Made by a program: the position numbers and the translations under genes. The notes under the pieces are model-generated. The model saw nothing but the letters and a program-made list of their open reading frames with translations. It was not told the origin of the DNA and ran no database searches. Shown here piece by piece: positions 14,087 to 25,403 of a stretch of 64,000 nucleotides of DNA (positions are counted from its first letter, which is position 1; each line of letters opens with the position of its first letter). The stretch is taken from contig FLMG01003999.1 in the NCBI GenBank assembly GCA_900088475.1, positions 1 to 64,000 on the forward strand, read 5' to 3'. Source of the DNA: Hyphochytrium catenoides. Its lineage: Eukaryota; Protista; Hyphochytriomycota.

Positions 14087-14342
14087 GCAGCACTAGGCTA
14101 GAGCCGTTCACCCGAATGCTCTACTCCGAGTATCCCTCTAATGGAATCAATTAACTGCATCTCTCGCTAAGCGACGGTTTCTGAGCGACTTGTCTTCTTC
14201 AGTCAGATATATTTACAGTTTATCTGTGTGTATTCAACACTAGCTCTCAGTCTTGGCTCAATCTTGCTTAATTTGAACTTTCGGCCGCAACAGGGGTTGG
14301 TCCACAGAAAAGGATACTTCGAAAGATGTTGGTGTCCGCCGT

Positions 14343-15578
14343 TTAAGGTCCTCTTGGTGGCATGTGCATTCCTGGAGGAGGCATTCCTCGACCCATCATG
14401 CCAGGCGGAGGTGGCCCACGTGGAGGCATTCCTGGAGGTGGCATGCCAGGAGGTCCCTAGGCCAAAGGTAAAGTAAGCAACTTATAGTGGGGAAGCTTCT
14501 GAAAGATTGATCTTACCCGCGGCAGAAGGCCGGGTCCAGGCATACCCCCAGGTGGGGGCATCGGCATACCGCCTGGCGGAGGCATCGGCATACCTCGCCC
14601 TGGCATGCCTTGGGGATGTGGTGGCATTCCCGGCATTGGGGGTCGAGGTGGGGGCATTCCCCTGCCATAGGCCTGTGGCACTGCCTGCGCCGCGACTACG
14701 AGAAACGGTCAGCACACACCGTTATAGTGTCATGGAGACGTGCCTCCCAATACCACTAGCTACGACAGCCTTCATAAGCTGAGACCACACACTTAGCCCA
14801 GGATATAACGTAGCGCGGGCCAAAGCGTTCCCAACTATCGTCACTAAGAGTTCGGATATCTGCTCTAGCATCACTAGGCGTCGCCAAATCAACTCCGCAG
14901 TTCGGCCTCTCCTGCCGTCTATACTATGCCTCTGACTAAAAGTCTGATTGCCGGCAAAAAGTGCTTACCTTGTCCCATAGGCTGCATTACAGATGGAGCT
15001 GGACCACCGACGCCACGCACTGGACCTGCAAGACCAATCGGTGCTGCCCCAAGGGGTGCGGCGGGCAGGCCTCGCCCTGCAGCGCGTGCCACGCCTGGAC
15101 CCCCTTTTCCTGCTTTGGCGCTATCCTGAAAAAGGGTTAGCTACAAAGATGACACTTTCCATCAAACAAGGACAAGCATACATCTGGAGGTGGAGGACCC
15201 TCTATGGTAAGGGACACGACGTTCTCCCCTCGCAGTAAAACGAGGCCTAGGACCCGTTTTTCTTCTCTTTCTTCCGCTAGTCCTAAGACAGCATTGTGAG
15301 TCAGGGAAATCGAGGTCAATTCAATAGTGTTCCCCCAATCAACTCACCTAATCCCTTCTTGGATTTGATTTTGCGATATTCTTCGCAATCTGCCAGCACG
15401 AGGTTCATATGACGGTCAAACGCCATAAACCTGCCCACTAGCACGCGACTATCTTGGATGGTAACCCTCATCCGGTAGTTGATATAATTGAGCATCTTAC
15501 TGCTCTTTGACATAGACTTCATGGACGATGTTTAGTTAGCCTGAGCTACAGAGAGCGAGATGTGCATATCCTTACCAT
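14343..15578 (-). CDS. SNRPB: Small nuclear ribonucleoprotein SmB/B'
   Basis: ATG-only first coding exon (15576-15578), intron 15517-15575, then [67 protein letters not shown] and a Pro/Gly/Met-rich tail. Confidence 0.96.
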
Positions 15579-16204
15579 TTTTCCAACAGCTGCTGCCCGA
15601 CAAACTTGCTACAAAGGCCGCTGACTACAACTAGTCTAAAGGCGGTAGCTGCACGCCTTTCCGAGCTGAATCGGACAGAGAAGGTATCGTGGTGAGATAG
15701 CTCTATAACTGCTGACAGTATGTCGATCTACCCCAGAGCTAAGAGCTGAGAGTCGACTGCAGAAAGCTTCGCAGTTCATGTTGAGCTCTGCTAGATCTCA
15801 ATTTGACTTTCTCCAGCGGGGGTGTGCGGTTGTCAAACAATGGATTGGATTCAGACCTCACTATATATCACGGATAGGAAACAATTTATATCGCAATCCG
15901 CACGGTCATATTCTGGTTCAATTAGAAAATGGTGCTTTGAGGTTATCGCACTGATGAAGTTGCAGTTATTTTTCCTCTGAAGAGACATCATCAGAATCAG
16001 AAGAGCATTCCCCCTCCCGCAAGAATGAACATTGGCGCCGAAATTAGCTTTTGCCGCCGTTGCCGTGAGCGAAACACGAGGCATCTGCTCGCCCATACTG
16101 ACCTTCAGCAGCTTCTTGCCTCTGTCATGAAGATTTGTCACCTGTTTGGTCATAGGCAGACGAGCTTGGACCCAAGGATCGTTTTTAATAGCTTTTGTTA
16201 TTAG

Positions 16205-17184
16205 ATGTCAGTAATAGAATCCTGTTTAGCGGGCCTTGAAGATCTCAATGAAGAGGCTGCACAAGTCTCCAACTTGCTGCAGAAGCAGGAAGCGGAAAAA
16301 CATGAAGTTTGGGCATCTGTTCAATCGACATTTGAAACTGAAGAAACTCTTCGTGACGAGATTAAGGACCTTGGGCTCATTGCGGCAGAAGCGGAGTACC
16401 GTCTAATAGAAGTCACACATTTGCATCGTCATCTGGGCCAGGTTAACACGAGCAAAGAAGCAAAAATGTTGTCATTAGAACAAGAGACTATTCAACTTCG
16501 AGGCGAACTGTCGTCCTATCGTGGGAACTTTGTTGCTGAGACATGCAGCTTGACTGAGAAAATCAAGGAGGCAGAAAAGCAAATAGCTTTTGAGCTCATT
16601 CAAAAACCTCTGGCGACCGTTGGTGAGGAAGAAAGAGCCTGTTTTGCATGGTTAGCATAGCTCAACACAGGACTACTCAATCAGGTGAGCTTCATGCCTG
16701 TCAGGCCAAACTTACAGAAGAGGAACAAAGCCTAGATATGTGCCGTAAGAAGTTATTGGCGCTAAAGATCGTTCGTAACAAGAAGAGCCAGGTCTTGCTA
16801 GGACTAAACCAAGAGGCAAAAGGTGGGCTAAGAATAACTGCTTTGCTCAGTTGCAGTGACTGACCCTAACAAAATGGCAAGCTCTACTTAGTACTGAAGC
16901 CTCATTGTATGAAAGGTGCAAGTCTCTGGAGGAAGAGCTAGCTGCACTCGAGAATACGTGTGAATTGACTGAGGTCAGCAATTTAGCCACTTGTAGCTAG
17001 TCAATACTAACTCTGTTCGGTACAGCGAAACAAGCTGAAGAGAGAGGTTGATATGGCAAGAAGAGAGCGCGGTAAGGAGCCCGCCTATCGTATCATCGTA
17101 GCACTCAATAAGATGTCTCACACTTCAACTGGAACCCCTTCAGAACTCCTCTTGCTACAGAGGCGGAATCTCCAGCAGAGCTGA
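16205..17184 (+). CDS. Uncharacterised coiled-coil protein
   Basis: E/K/L/Q-rich heptad-like exons joined by canonical short introns. No family motif recognised; an upstream exon is possible. Confidence 0.6.
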
Positions 17185-17239
17185 AGATACAAGTTATTCA
17201 TTCAACAACACCAGAGACCGGAGCACCTAGCAGGCCATC

Positions 17240-18812
17240 CTAGGAAGGGATGTTGACAGTGCCCTTGCACATGGCAAGAAGCTTTGTCAAAATGGCCTCA
17301 CCATCCTCCCAGAGCTACAGTGGAAGAGAAGTGATGAGCTCAGATCCCGAGAGCGTAAGAGGACACCATGGGAGCACTCACCCCGTTGTGCTGGTACTCA
17401 TTGGTTACAAAGACCTTGCAATTGATAGTCTTGGCTAGCTCTAAAGAGAACTCAAGATCGACGTACATGTCCGTGAAGTAGACGGCGGCTGCGCATGGGA
17501 CTTGGGAACTCTTGAGAGTGTCTATATCGTAGAGATGGCCCCAGCTATTGTCGATAGCAACGAGCTCAGCCACAGCCTTTAGCTTGCCTAGCTCGCCGTA
17601 AGCTCCTTCAAACATCCACGGATAGACCATTTCGCCGGTAAAGAAAAGTGGTTGATCTGGATTGCCTAGTCTACCTCCAATTTGAAATTCTGGGAACTCG
17701 GTCTTCACCCGTTCAGCTGACCAGTTGGAAGCGCAACCTTCATTGTAGATGGATTCATGGAGCACGCTGTATATCCTGGTGCGAAGATCGAGTTATTATG
17801 TGGCAAATTTACAGAGATCTTTGGGTACGATAACTTACGGGTTGGTGTCCCACGAAGCCTGGTGAGACTCTATTTTGCGAAGAAAGTGATAGCTCAAGCC
17901 ATCTTCAGACTCCAAAAAAGCGTCCTCCAGGAGATAATGTAGCGCCTCGAAGCCTGATTGACTGCCAAGCATAATCCCTAGCTGCAAAAATCTTTGAGGG
18001 GAGAGAAACCCGCCGCTTGGAAGCTTTACGTTGTTTGACACCAGATACTGCACAATCCTGTCTACCCTCGAGACATCTTCGGGATAGCGGCCATAGAAGT
18101 TCTTGTTGCGCTCTATGACCCTTTTATAGGTGGCTCGATAGACCTCATCAGGGAGCTTTTTGATCGGAGGTAGGCCTCCAGTAAAGAGACCGAACTTGAT
18201 AGAGGAAGGGGCAAGGGAAAGATACGTTGTCAAGCAAAAGCCACCATAGGATTGTCCTAGCACCTGAGATTGTCATTTGGGCAAGGATCAGCCGAAGGAA
18301 AGATTAGCGCCAATTGAATGCTGAAGTCGTACCACCCATTGTCCATCTTTGCCCAACAGTGTTTCGCGAATTACTTCACAGTCCTTGACAATCGATGGGG
18401 CCCTGAAGTTCCTCAGGTATTGCGCTTGCTTCTCCGGTGTACCAAGAAGCAGGAGAGCCGCCGCGGTAATTGGAGTGCTCAAGCCAGTTCCTCTCTGGTC
18501 AAGTAGGATTACTCTGAACTCAGCCAAAGCCCTTTTGATCCAACCTGATGCCGCTACTGGTCGTGGAGAGGCAAAGCCTGGGCCACCTTGTAGGAAAAGG
18601 AGAAAGGGCAAAGATTCTTTCTCTTTTTGGGGATCAACGAGCTCTCGACAAAAGACCCGGATCGTCTTTCCTCCCTGATCGGCACTTTGCGGATGGTCCC
18701 AATCTAGCGGGACATTAAACCAATGCTCCGTCAGAGTCAGACCAGGGATTCGGCTCGTCATGCCGCGCCGGTGTCCCATTGCTCCGCTAGACGATTGCTC
18801 AGCGCCGCGCAT
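17240..18812 (-). CDS. Proline iminopeptidase (prolyl aminopeptidase, S33 alpha/beta hydrolase)
   Basis: FLQGGPG, LLDQRGTGLS, nucleophile motif GQSYGG, FTGEMVYPWMF, AAVYFTDMYV, NEYQHNG. Three introns; start is M at 18812 or 18761. Confidence 0.92.
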
Positions 18813-19327
18813 GGCTAAAGGCGGTCCTTAATTGGAGCTAAGGAAGATCAGAAGTACGGCAGCTTTTCTGGAGCTTCTTGGAGTTGAAGCTGCAGATTCT
18901 ATGATGATTTGTTCGCCTCTCTTTACAACAGAACTTGAGTTCTGATTAGCTGGCCTGCATCCCTCTCTACTTCCCACCAACTTGAACAGCAGACAATCGT
19001 GGGAATCTTTGAACCTCAACCTCCATTCTGCTTCTGACGATCTCGTAACTGTCTATCTTCCGAAAAAGACGGTTTGAGGATGAAAGAAACGGTCAATAAA
19101 GAGGAAGCAACAAGACCAAGACGACAAAAAGGAAGCGACACCAAGCCTAGCTGCACAATAGTGGAACAGCGCTACTCACAATACGGCCCACCTCCCGCCT
19201 CAAGAGCTTCACATGCGAGTGAAGCACTCTCCGACAGCATTGCAAGCAGCTACAGCTCAATGGCTTCACTGTGAAGGTGAAGGTTAATCTCATCATCAGT
19301 CAGTAGGTCAAAAGCTCAGCCGTCAAA

Positions 19328-20254
19328 ATGAGCATGGTGTCGGATGAGGCAACGAAGACGCACGTGATGCCCTTGGCGGAGGCTAATGACTCGCTATTAC
19401 GATTTGCCACCTATGAAGATTACCTAGATTCCCATGTCAGCGAGAAGGATATTGCCTATCTGGAGGTCAGACTAGTGGGTCTCTGCACCTTGATGTTATT
19501 ACTACTTAATCTCTTATTGATCTGATAAGCAGGACGAGGATTTAGCTAGGCAACTTGTTGAGCTGGGATTCAGAGGCAGCAGTAAGGCACTCAGTAGGGA
19601 AGAGTTTGACATCCAAAAGAAGGCGGAAATAGAACGACATCAGCCCAAGAAAGATGACCCCAAGCCTTTGGCAAGCGCTGGATGTGATCTTCTGGGCTCA
19701 CCTTTCTATCAGTGCCTTGCAAGTAGAGAGGAGCTAGTGCGAACAGGAAAGCTCAGTGTACGTGACTGGAACTCTCACCCGCCCACAATCACTCGCTGAG
19801 TCTGGCCCTTTAGACTATCATCTTTCTCAGAACTCACAATGCGAAGGGTCAAGAAGTAAGCGGCTATTTAGATTATGGTGCCAGACTGGAGTCAGACCCC
19901 TTTGAGCAATATTTCCAGAAAAAGAAAAGGCTCATGCCACGTCCGAACGATTTGAGCTATTATAACTGGGACTCCCAGACGTCGACATCTAACTCCACGG
20001 AGAACTTTCAGGTACTAGTTGATCCAGAGCACGGTCTATTATTCAAGAGCAAAAAGGACAGAAAGGTTATCAATGTCGACCCGGAGGTACGCCGCAGCAT
20101 AACTAGACAACAATATGCCTTCAAGACGTTGCTAACCCTCGCCACCTTGGATTGATAGGAGGACCCTGGAGACAATACGACTAGATCCGAGATAAAGACT
20201 CAGGAGTATGAACAAGTGGTCATTTACGACCACATGACCCGGAGGAAGGCTTGA
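19328..20254 (+). CDS. CFAP299: Cilia- and flagella-associated protein 299 (C4orf22/DUF4464 family)
   Basis: FATYEDYLDS...YLE|DEDLARQLVELGFRG, GQEVSGYLDYGARL, PRPNDLSYYNW, FKSKKDRKVINVDP, QVVIYDHMTRRK. Four exons. Confidence 0.92.
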
Positions 20255-20306
20255 CTGCAAACAGCTGTATATTTATGTGAAGCATAGGAATAAAGACCAT
20301 GACGAG

Positions 20307-21678
20307 CTATTGAAATGTGAGCTTTGGGCGAGGTGGCGGTGGTGGAGGCGCTTGCGAGTCTCCAGGACCCTTGAAATAAAGCTGAAGCTGTGCCATGAAA
20401 AGGGAAGACGATGATGAATGCCAATGCAGGTCAAGACATCCAAGGAGCTTGTGTGGACCTACCGTGAATAGTCGATTCTCGCGGTCCCAATTTGTGAAGA
20501 ATCTCCCTTCAGACTTATCCACCTCCATGTTTGGCACCTTGAACCCAATTGTCTCATAAGGCTCACATGCGAAAAGCACATACCTGACCACCTGTTAGTC
20601 TACATGATGATGATACGCAGCAATGGATAGTGTACATACTGGAAGTTCTTGTCCGGTGCTTCCACCCGCTGTTCATAGGCCGACATGAAGCGATGCCGTG
20701 GCTGAAATCCCTCATTGACCTCTGGATACTCGATTTGGAACAGAAGGCTTCTCGCTCCTGATTCAGGGTCTCTGGATTTGGTCACCTACGGTTGAAGCTG
20801 TCAGGACACAATCGGAGTGAACCACTGATGTCTCTAAGCGGCAAACCTTGTAGCCTGGACGGCCAATTTTGATAGTCTTTCTCACTTGAACCTTCGGGGC
20901 CCTAGAAGGGATGGGTTAGCAATGTTTCCCTATGAGCTCGGGGTAGTCATAGGATTTCTCTTACAGGCTTGGGGCAATATTTGCTTCCGCAGCTTCCTTC
21001 GCCGCTATAATTTAGGACCAACAGATCATGAGTATCATACTAAGACATCAACGTAACCACCAACGTACCTCGTCTGGCCAGATTTGTTTGATGGCGCTTT
21101 CCTTGGGTATGGGCTAGGTAATTCCCCTCGTTATTGTGGAGAGTTAAGCAGAGCTTGCACTCAAAGGATCCAAGGTGATTTTTCATAAAGTAGGGATCCT
21201 GGATATAACAGCCAGGTCAGATTGCGGATCATCGTAAGGTATGACAGAGAGGTCGTTACCTTGCTTAGGTCAATTGTTTCCATAGCTAGCTTTCTAAGGC
21301 GCTCTCTTCTGTCAATATTTGCCTGCTCTGCAGACATAACGCCTCCTGATCCAGGCTTCGAACCTACTCTATTTTGGAAGTCCATCCCTCCCCTTAACCT
21401 AAGGACAAGATGAAGAGTGCTCTCCTTGCCAATGTCGTACTCATAAAGGGACCGTCTATCCTCGAGCTGCTTTGTTCCGAAAATGAGTCTCTGCTGATCT
21501 AGAGGAATGCCCTCTCTGCTCATGAGCTCCATTTTCACAGAGCTGATTGTGTCAGCTGGGTCAACTTCCAGTGTCGTGGTCCGCTCTGTGGTTCAGAGCA
21601 ATCGGGTTTTAGTACACGGCCAATTGCAAGGTAGCGTGCGAAGGACGTACCATCTATATTTCTGACAAAGATCTGCAT
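20307..21678 (-). CDS. SF3A2: Ubiquitin-SF3A2 fusion: divergent 76-aa ubiquitin in frame with splicing factor 3A subunit 2 (SF3a66/Prp11)
   Basis: Exon 1 (21651-21678) plus 21386-21585 gives 76 codons [18 protein letters not shown]...[13 protein letters not shown]. It is followed directly in the same exon by [15 protein letters not shown]...[17 protein letters not shown]|[43 protein letters not shown] (U1C-type zinc finger), IGRPGYK and [14 protein letters not shown]. Confidence 0.95.
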
Positions 21679-22510
21679 ACTGCTTTACGTGGGCCGCTTT
21701 TTGCCTTGCAAACACACCAGGAAGCTAATGGTTCTGGAGGAAGCTCACGGAAAGCTATTCAGCTAGACACTCGCCAAGTCCTCCGTTGCCCGCACTTGCG
21801 CAACAGACTTTCGTGGCACTTGAACAACCTTCTTCACACTCCGATGCTCATAAATCGGCAGCACTGATGCTCCAGATTTATTCAAGTTGTAGCTATCTAA
21901 TAATGAACGCAAAGCAAAACAGAGGAACCTCGCGGAATCTCCATCTGCAATAGCAATACAACTCTGCCATTGGGGCCTCCAATCTCCTGGGAGGGTTCTG
22001 GCGGTCTGTCATTGAGTTTCTATGTGCAGAGATTCTGGTACAACAACCTTTTTGAGTACTGTACAGAACCTAACAACAACAACTGCGTACGGGGGGGTGT
22101 CGACGGCAGAAGCTCTTGTGGAGTTCTGTAGCCAAAGCTTCAGTGAGAAGAAGGAAAGGAAATCTACAATCTGATCAGCGATCATTGATCAACATCACAG
22201 TCACGGGCAAGCCCAAGGGTCAAATTGTCCTTCTCCAGACTTGCGCGTCCAGTTGAGGTTATTGAGTTGAGATTGAGAGGATTGTAGGAAATCGTACTCA
22301 CAGAGACACATCATGCAGCTGGCCATCCAGTGTGTGGAGTTTGGAGTGTCGAGATAATCAACGGCGGTGCAGGCCACCCCGCTCTTTACTTCATCCGTGC
22401 CTTGCCTATAGTCAAAAGAGTTGCCCCTTTAGCGCTTCCCCTTGCCTTTGAGCTTCACATTCTTTTCTTGGCTTAACATACAAGGCGAAGGGTTAATTCT
22501 ATTTGGTCCA

Positions 22511-24585
22511 ATGGAAGACAAGAAGTGGACTACTGTCATCTGCTGCATGGGCGCTGGGTACGTCGGAGGGCCGACAATGGCTGTCATTGCGTGGAAGTGT
22601 CCCGACGTGAGTCACAAGTTCTATTTATTCAACATAAGCGTCTGGTTCCTAAGCTTGCCCTCTAGATCAAGGTAATTGTAGTGGATCTCAACCAGCGCCA
22701 AATAGGCAGATGGAACGATAGCTCTAATCTTCCGGTCTATGAGCCTGGACTGCGCGAGATAATCGATGAAGTGCGAGGAAGGTGAGTTGACGAATGACAT
22801 GCCCTTGGGTCTCGACGAAGCTGTTGACCGCTACTTGACACTAGAAATATGTTCTTCACTACCGACATCGATGGCTCTATAAAAGAGGCGGACATAGTGT
22901 TTGTCAGCGTTAACACGCCAACAAAGCTTAAAGGTATTGGTAAGGGCGTAGCCGCGAATCTAAAGAACTGCGAGCTCGCCGCGCGTAAGATTGCTGAGGT
23001 AGCAACCACACATAAAATAGTGGTATGTGTCGCGCGCGGAGGCCGTCAAGGACTAGTACTAGTACCAAATCACAATCTGACAGCTGCCTTGTCGCTCCAG
23101 GTTGAGAAGTCAACGGTGCCAGTCCGCACTTCCGAGTCTATCGAAGCTGTGCTCATGGCGAACAGTAAGGGGTTGCAGTTTGACATACTCTCAAATCCAG
23201 AATTCCTGGCGGAAGGTGTGATCATTGCTGTCACTATTTTTGCTAACTTGCTAAAAGTTAGCGACAGGCACGGCGATAAAGGACTTGCTGAACCCAGACC
23301 GGGTACTTATAGGAGGCAAACAGACTCCAAGTGGACAGGCAGCCGTCGAAAAGTTAGCTAACATTTACAGCAGATGGGTACCTAGAGGTACGACCCTGCC
23401 GGTCTTTATGGTACCCACCACTCTAAACGAGAACTGTATACCACTGTTGAGCAGAGAAGGTCATCACGACCAATTTATGGTCTAGTGAGCTCTCCAAGCT
23501 CGTTGCCAATGCCTTTTTGGCGCAGAGAATAAGCAGTATTAATTCAGTCTCCGCCCTTTGTGAGGCCACCAGTGCGGATGTGCAGGAGGTGGCTCGTGCC
23601 ATCGGCGCCGACTCCCGCATAGGTAGTAAGTTCTTGAATGCCGGTGTGGGCTTTGGAGGGTCATGCTTCCAAAAGGTGACTGTTATCTGATATTTGAAAC
23701 CTCTACCCCTTGTAACGAGCCAACGTCTTCCTACCTCACAGGACATTTTAAACCTAGTCTATCTCTGTGAGCAGCACAACTTGGATGAAGTGGCAGATTA
23801 TTGGCGCCAGGTCGTCCTAATGAACGATTACCAGAAGACGCGTTTCGCGGAAGTCATTGTGCAAAAAATGTTCAACACAATTACAGACAAGACGTAAGTG
23901 CAAAGTCTACATCCGTAGTCCAATCTCGACTGGTGCTCAAGACGGACTACATATAGCATTGCCATTATGGGATTCTCCTTCAAGAAGGACACAGGAGACA
24001 CACGTGAGACCCCAGCTGGTCTGGTCATCAAAATTTTACTGGAGGAAGGAGCAATACTGAATATTTATGATCCTAAGGTCAGCTCTTATGCGCCAACAGA
24101 AAACAGGGACTTCCCGCTTCTAACCCTTTGTCCCCTCAGGTCGAGCAGGAAGATCTCATCAGGGAGTTGGAATACCAAGGGATCAATGAATCAGACTATC
24201 CTAACTGGCAGGTAAAGTCCTATTTGTGGTACGACTTGTGGTTGCCGCAACCTGACAAGGACCTGCACTACTTCCTAGAATTCAGTGCACCGTTGTAAAG
24301 ATCCGTATGCGGCCGCGGAGGGTGCACACGCCATTGTAGTTTTGACAGAGTGGGATGAGTTCAAGTCTCTCAACTACCGCAAGATTTATCAATCCATGGT
24401 GAAGCCTGTAAGTTTGACGATGTAGCTCTCTCAGACGTCCATAATCCTTCGGTAACTTTACCTGTACGGGGTAGGCTTTTGCCTTTGATGGCCGACTCAT
24501 CCTTTCGCGGCAAGAGATGGAGGCATGCGGATTCAGCTTCTTTGCCATCGGCAAGCCGGGAAATAAGCCTTTGAAGATCAGGTAA
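22511..24585 (+). CDS. UGDH: UDP-glucose 6-dehydrogenase
   Basis: [84 protein letters not shown]. About 10 short introns, all reconstructable. Confidence 0.97.
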
Positions 24586-24589
24586 GCTA

Positions 24590-25303
24590 AAATGTAAGGT
24601 GGCCACCGCTCCATCCTCAGCACGTATAAAGTAACAATTGTTTCTCTCCAGCAGAAGCAACCCTCCCTCTCCTGCAAGCCATTCTGCCGGAGCAGGCAGC
24701 CAGGGTTTTGGGATGCGGCCACCTGCAACAATCCGCGTCCATTCCGTGCCAGGTGGCGGCTCTGTAACTCGCTAGATTCATAGATCAAAGGGACAGAGAT
24801 CGCACCAATAAAGATAGAGTACATAAACGCTTGTCCGGTCGGGAGAGGAGGAGCTAAAGCGGCGGCCTTGAGCCTGGCCCCGCTCTCTCTCTTTAGTGAC
24901 CCAGCAAGGCGCGTCTTCTTCCATGACCCAATGGTAGACTAGTTCTATTGATCCAGTTGCTCCAGCAGTATCCCTGTGTATGTGGCTTTACAAAACCCGG
25001 GGGAGGTCTGAGGAGTGGTCCGTTACAGAAGTTTATTGTACTGTAAAAGGTAGTTCCAGCCGCCTCAAGGGAGTTCCCAGAGCTGAAGAAATATCGACGG
25101 CACCCTCTCAACCAACAGCTTTCTGGAGGCGCAATGACGGACCGCCATAGGTCGAGGATATCTGTCATTGCGCGCATCTCTTCGCATAATTGGGCTAGTG
25201 TCTCCACTGCCACCGGTTTCTTCTTTCCATTAGACAAGGGAGATCCTTGCGTTTTTGTCAGTATTGGTCGTTGTCCATTCTTCTCTGCTTCCTCTGCTTT
25301 CAC
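24590..25303 (-). CDS. Possible small uncharacterised gene between UGDH and IQUB
   Basis: Several open minus-strand frames with GT-AG-like spacers. No recognisable motif, and splice phases could not be fully reconciled. Confidence 0.3.
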
Positions 25304-25403
25304 TTCAACAAGCTTGGGCTAGATGGAGGAGGGATGTAGAGGTCTTCACTTGGCATAAAAAGCTGATAAGGCTGGAACGGCATCACAATCTTGTCCTGGA
25401 TCC

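Noticed and set aside
15517-15578. ATG-only first exon of SmB
   Set aside because: Start-codon introns are common and known for this gene; not novel.
19328-24585. Alternative genetic code suggested by fragmented ORFs
   Set aside because: CFAP299, SF3A2 and UGDH exons are stop-free once short GT-AG introns are removed, and TAA, TAG and TGA all serve as stops.
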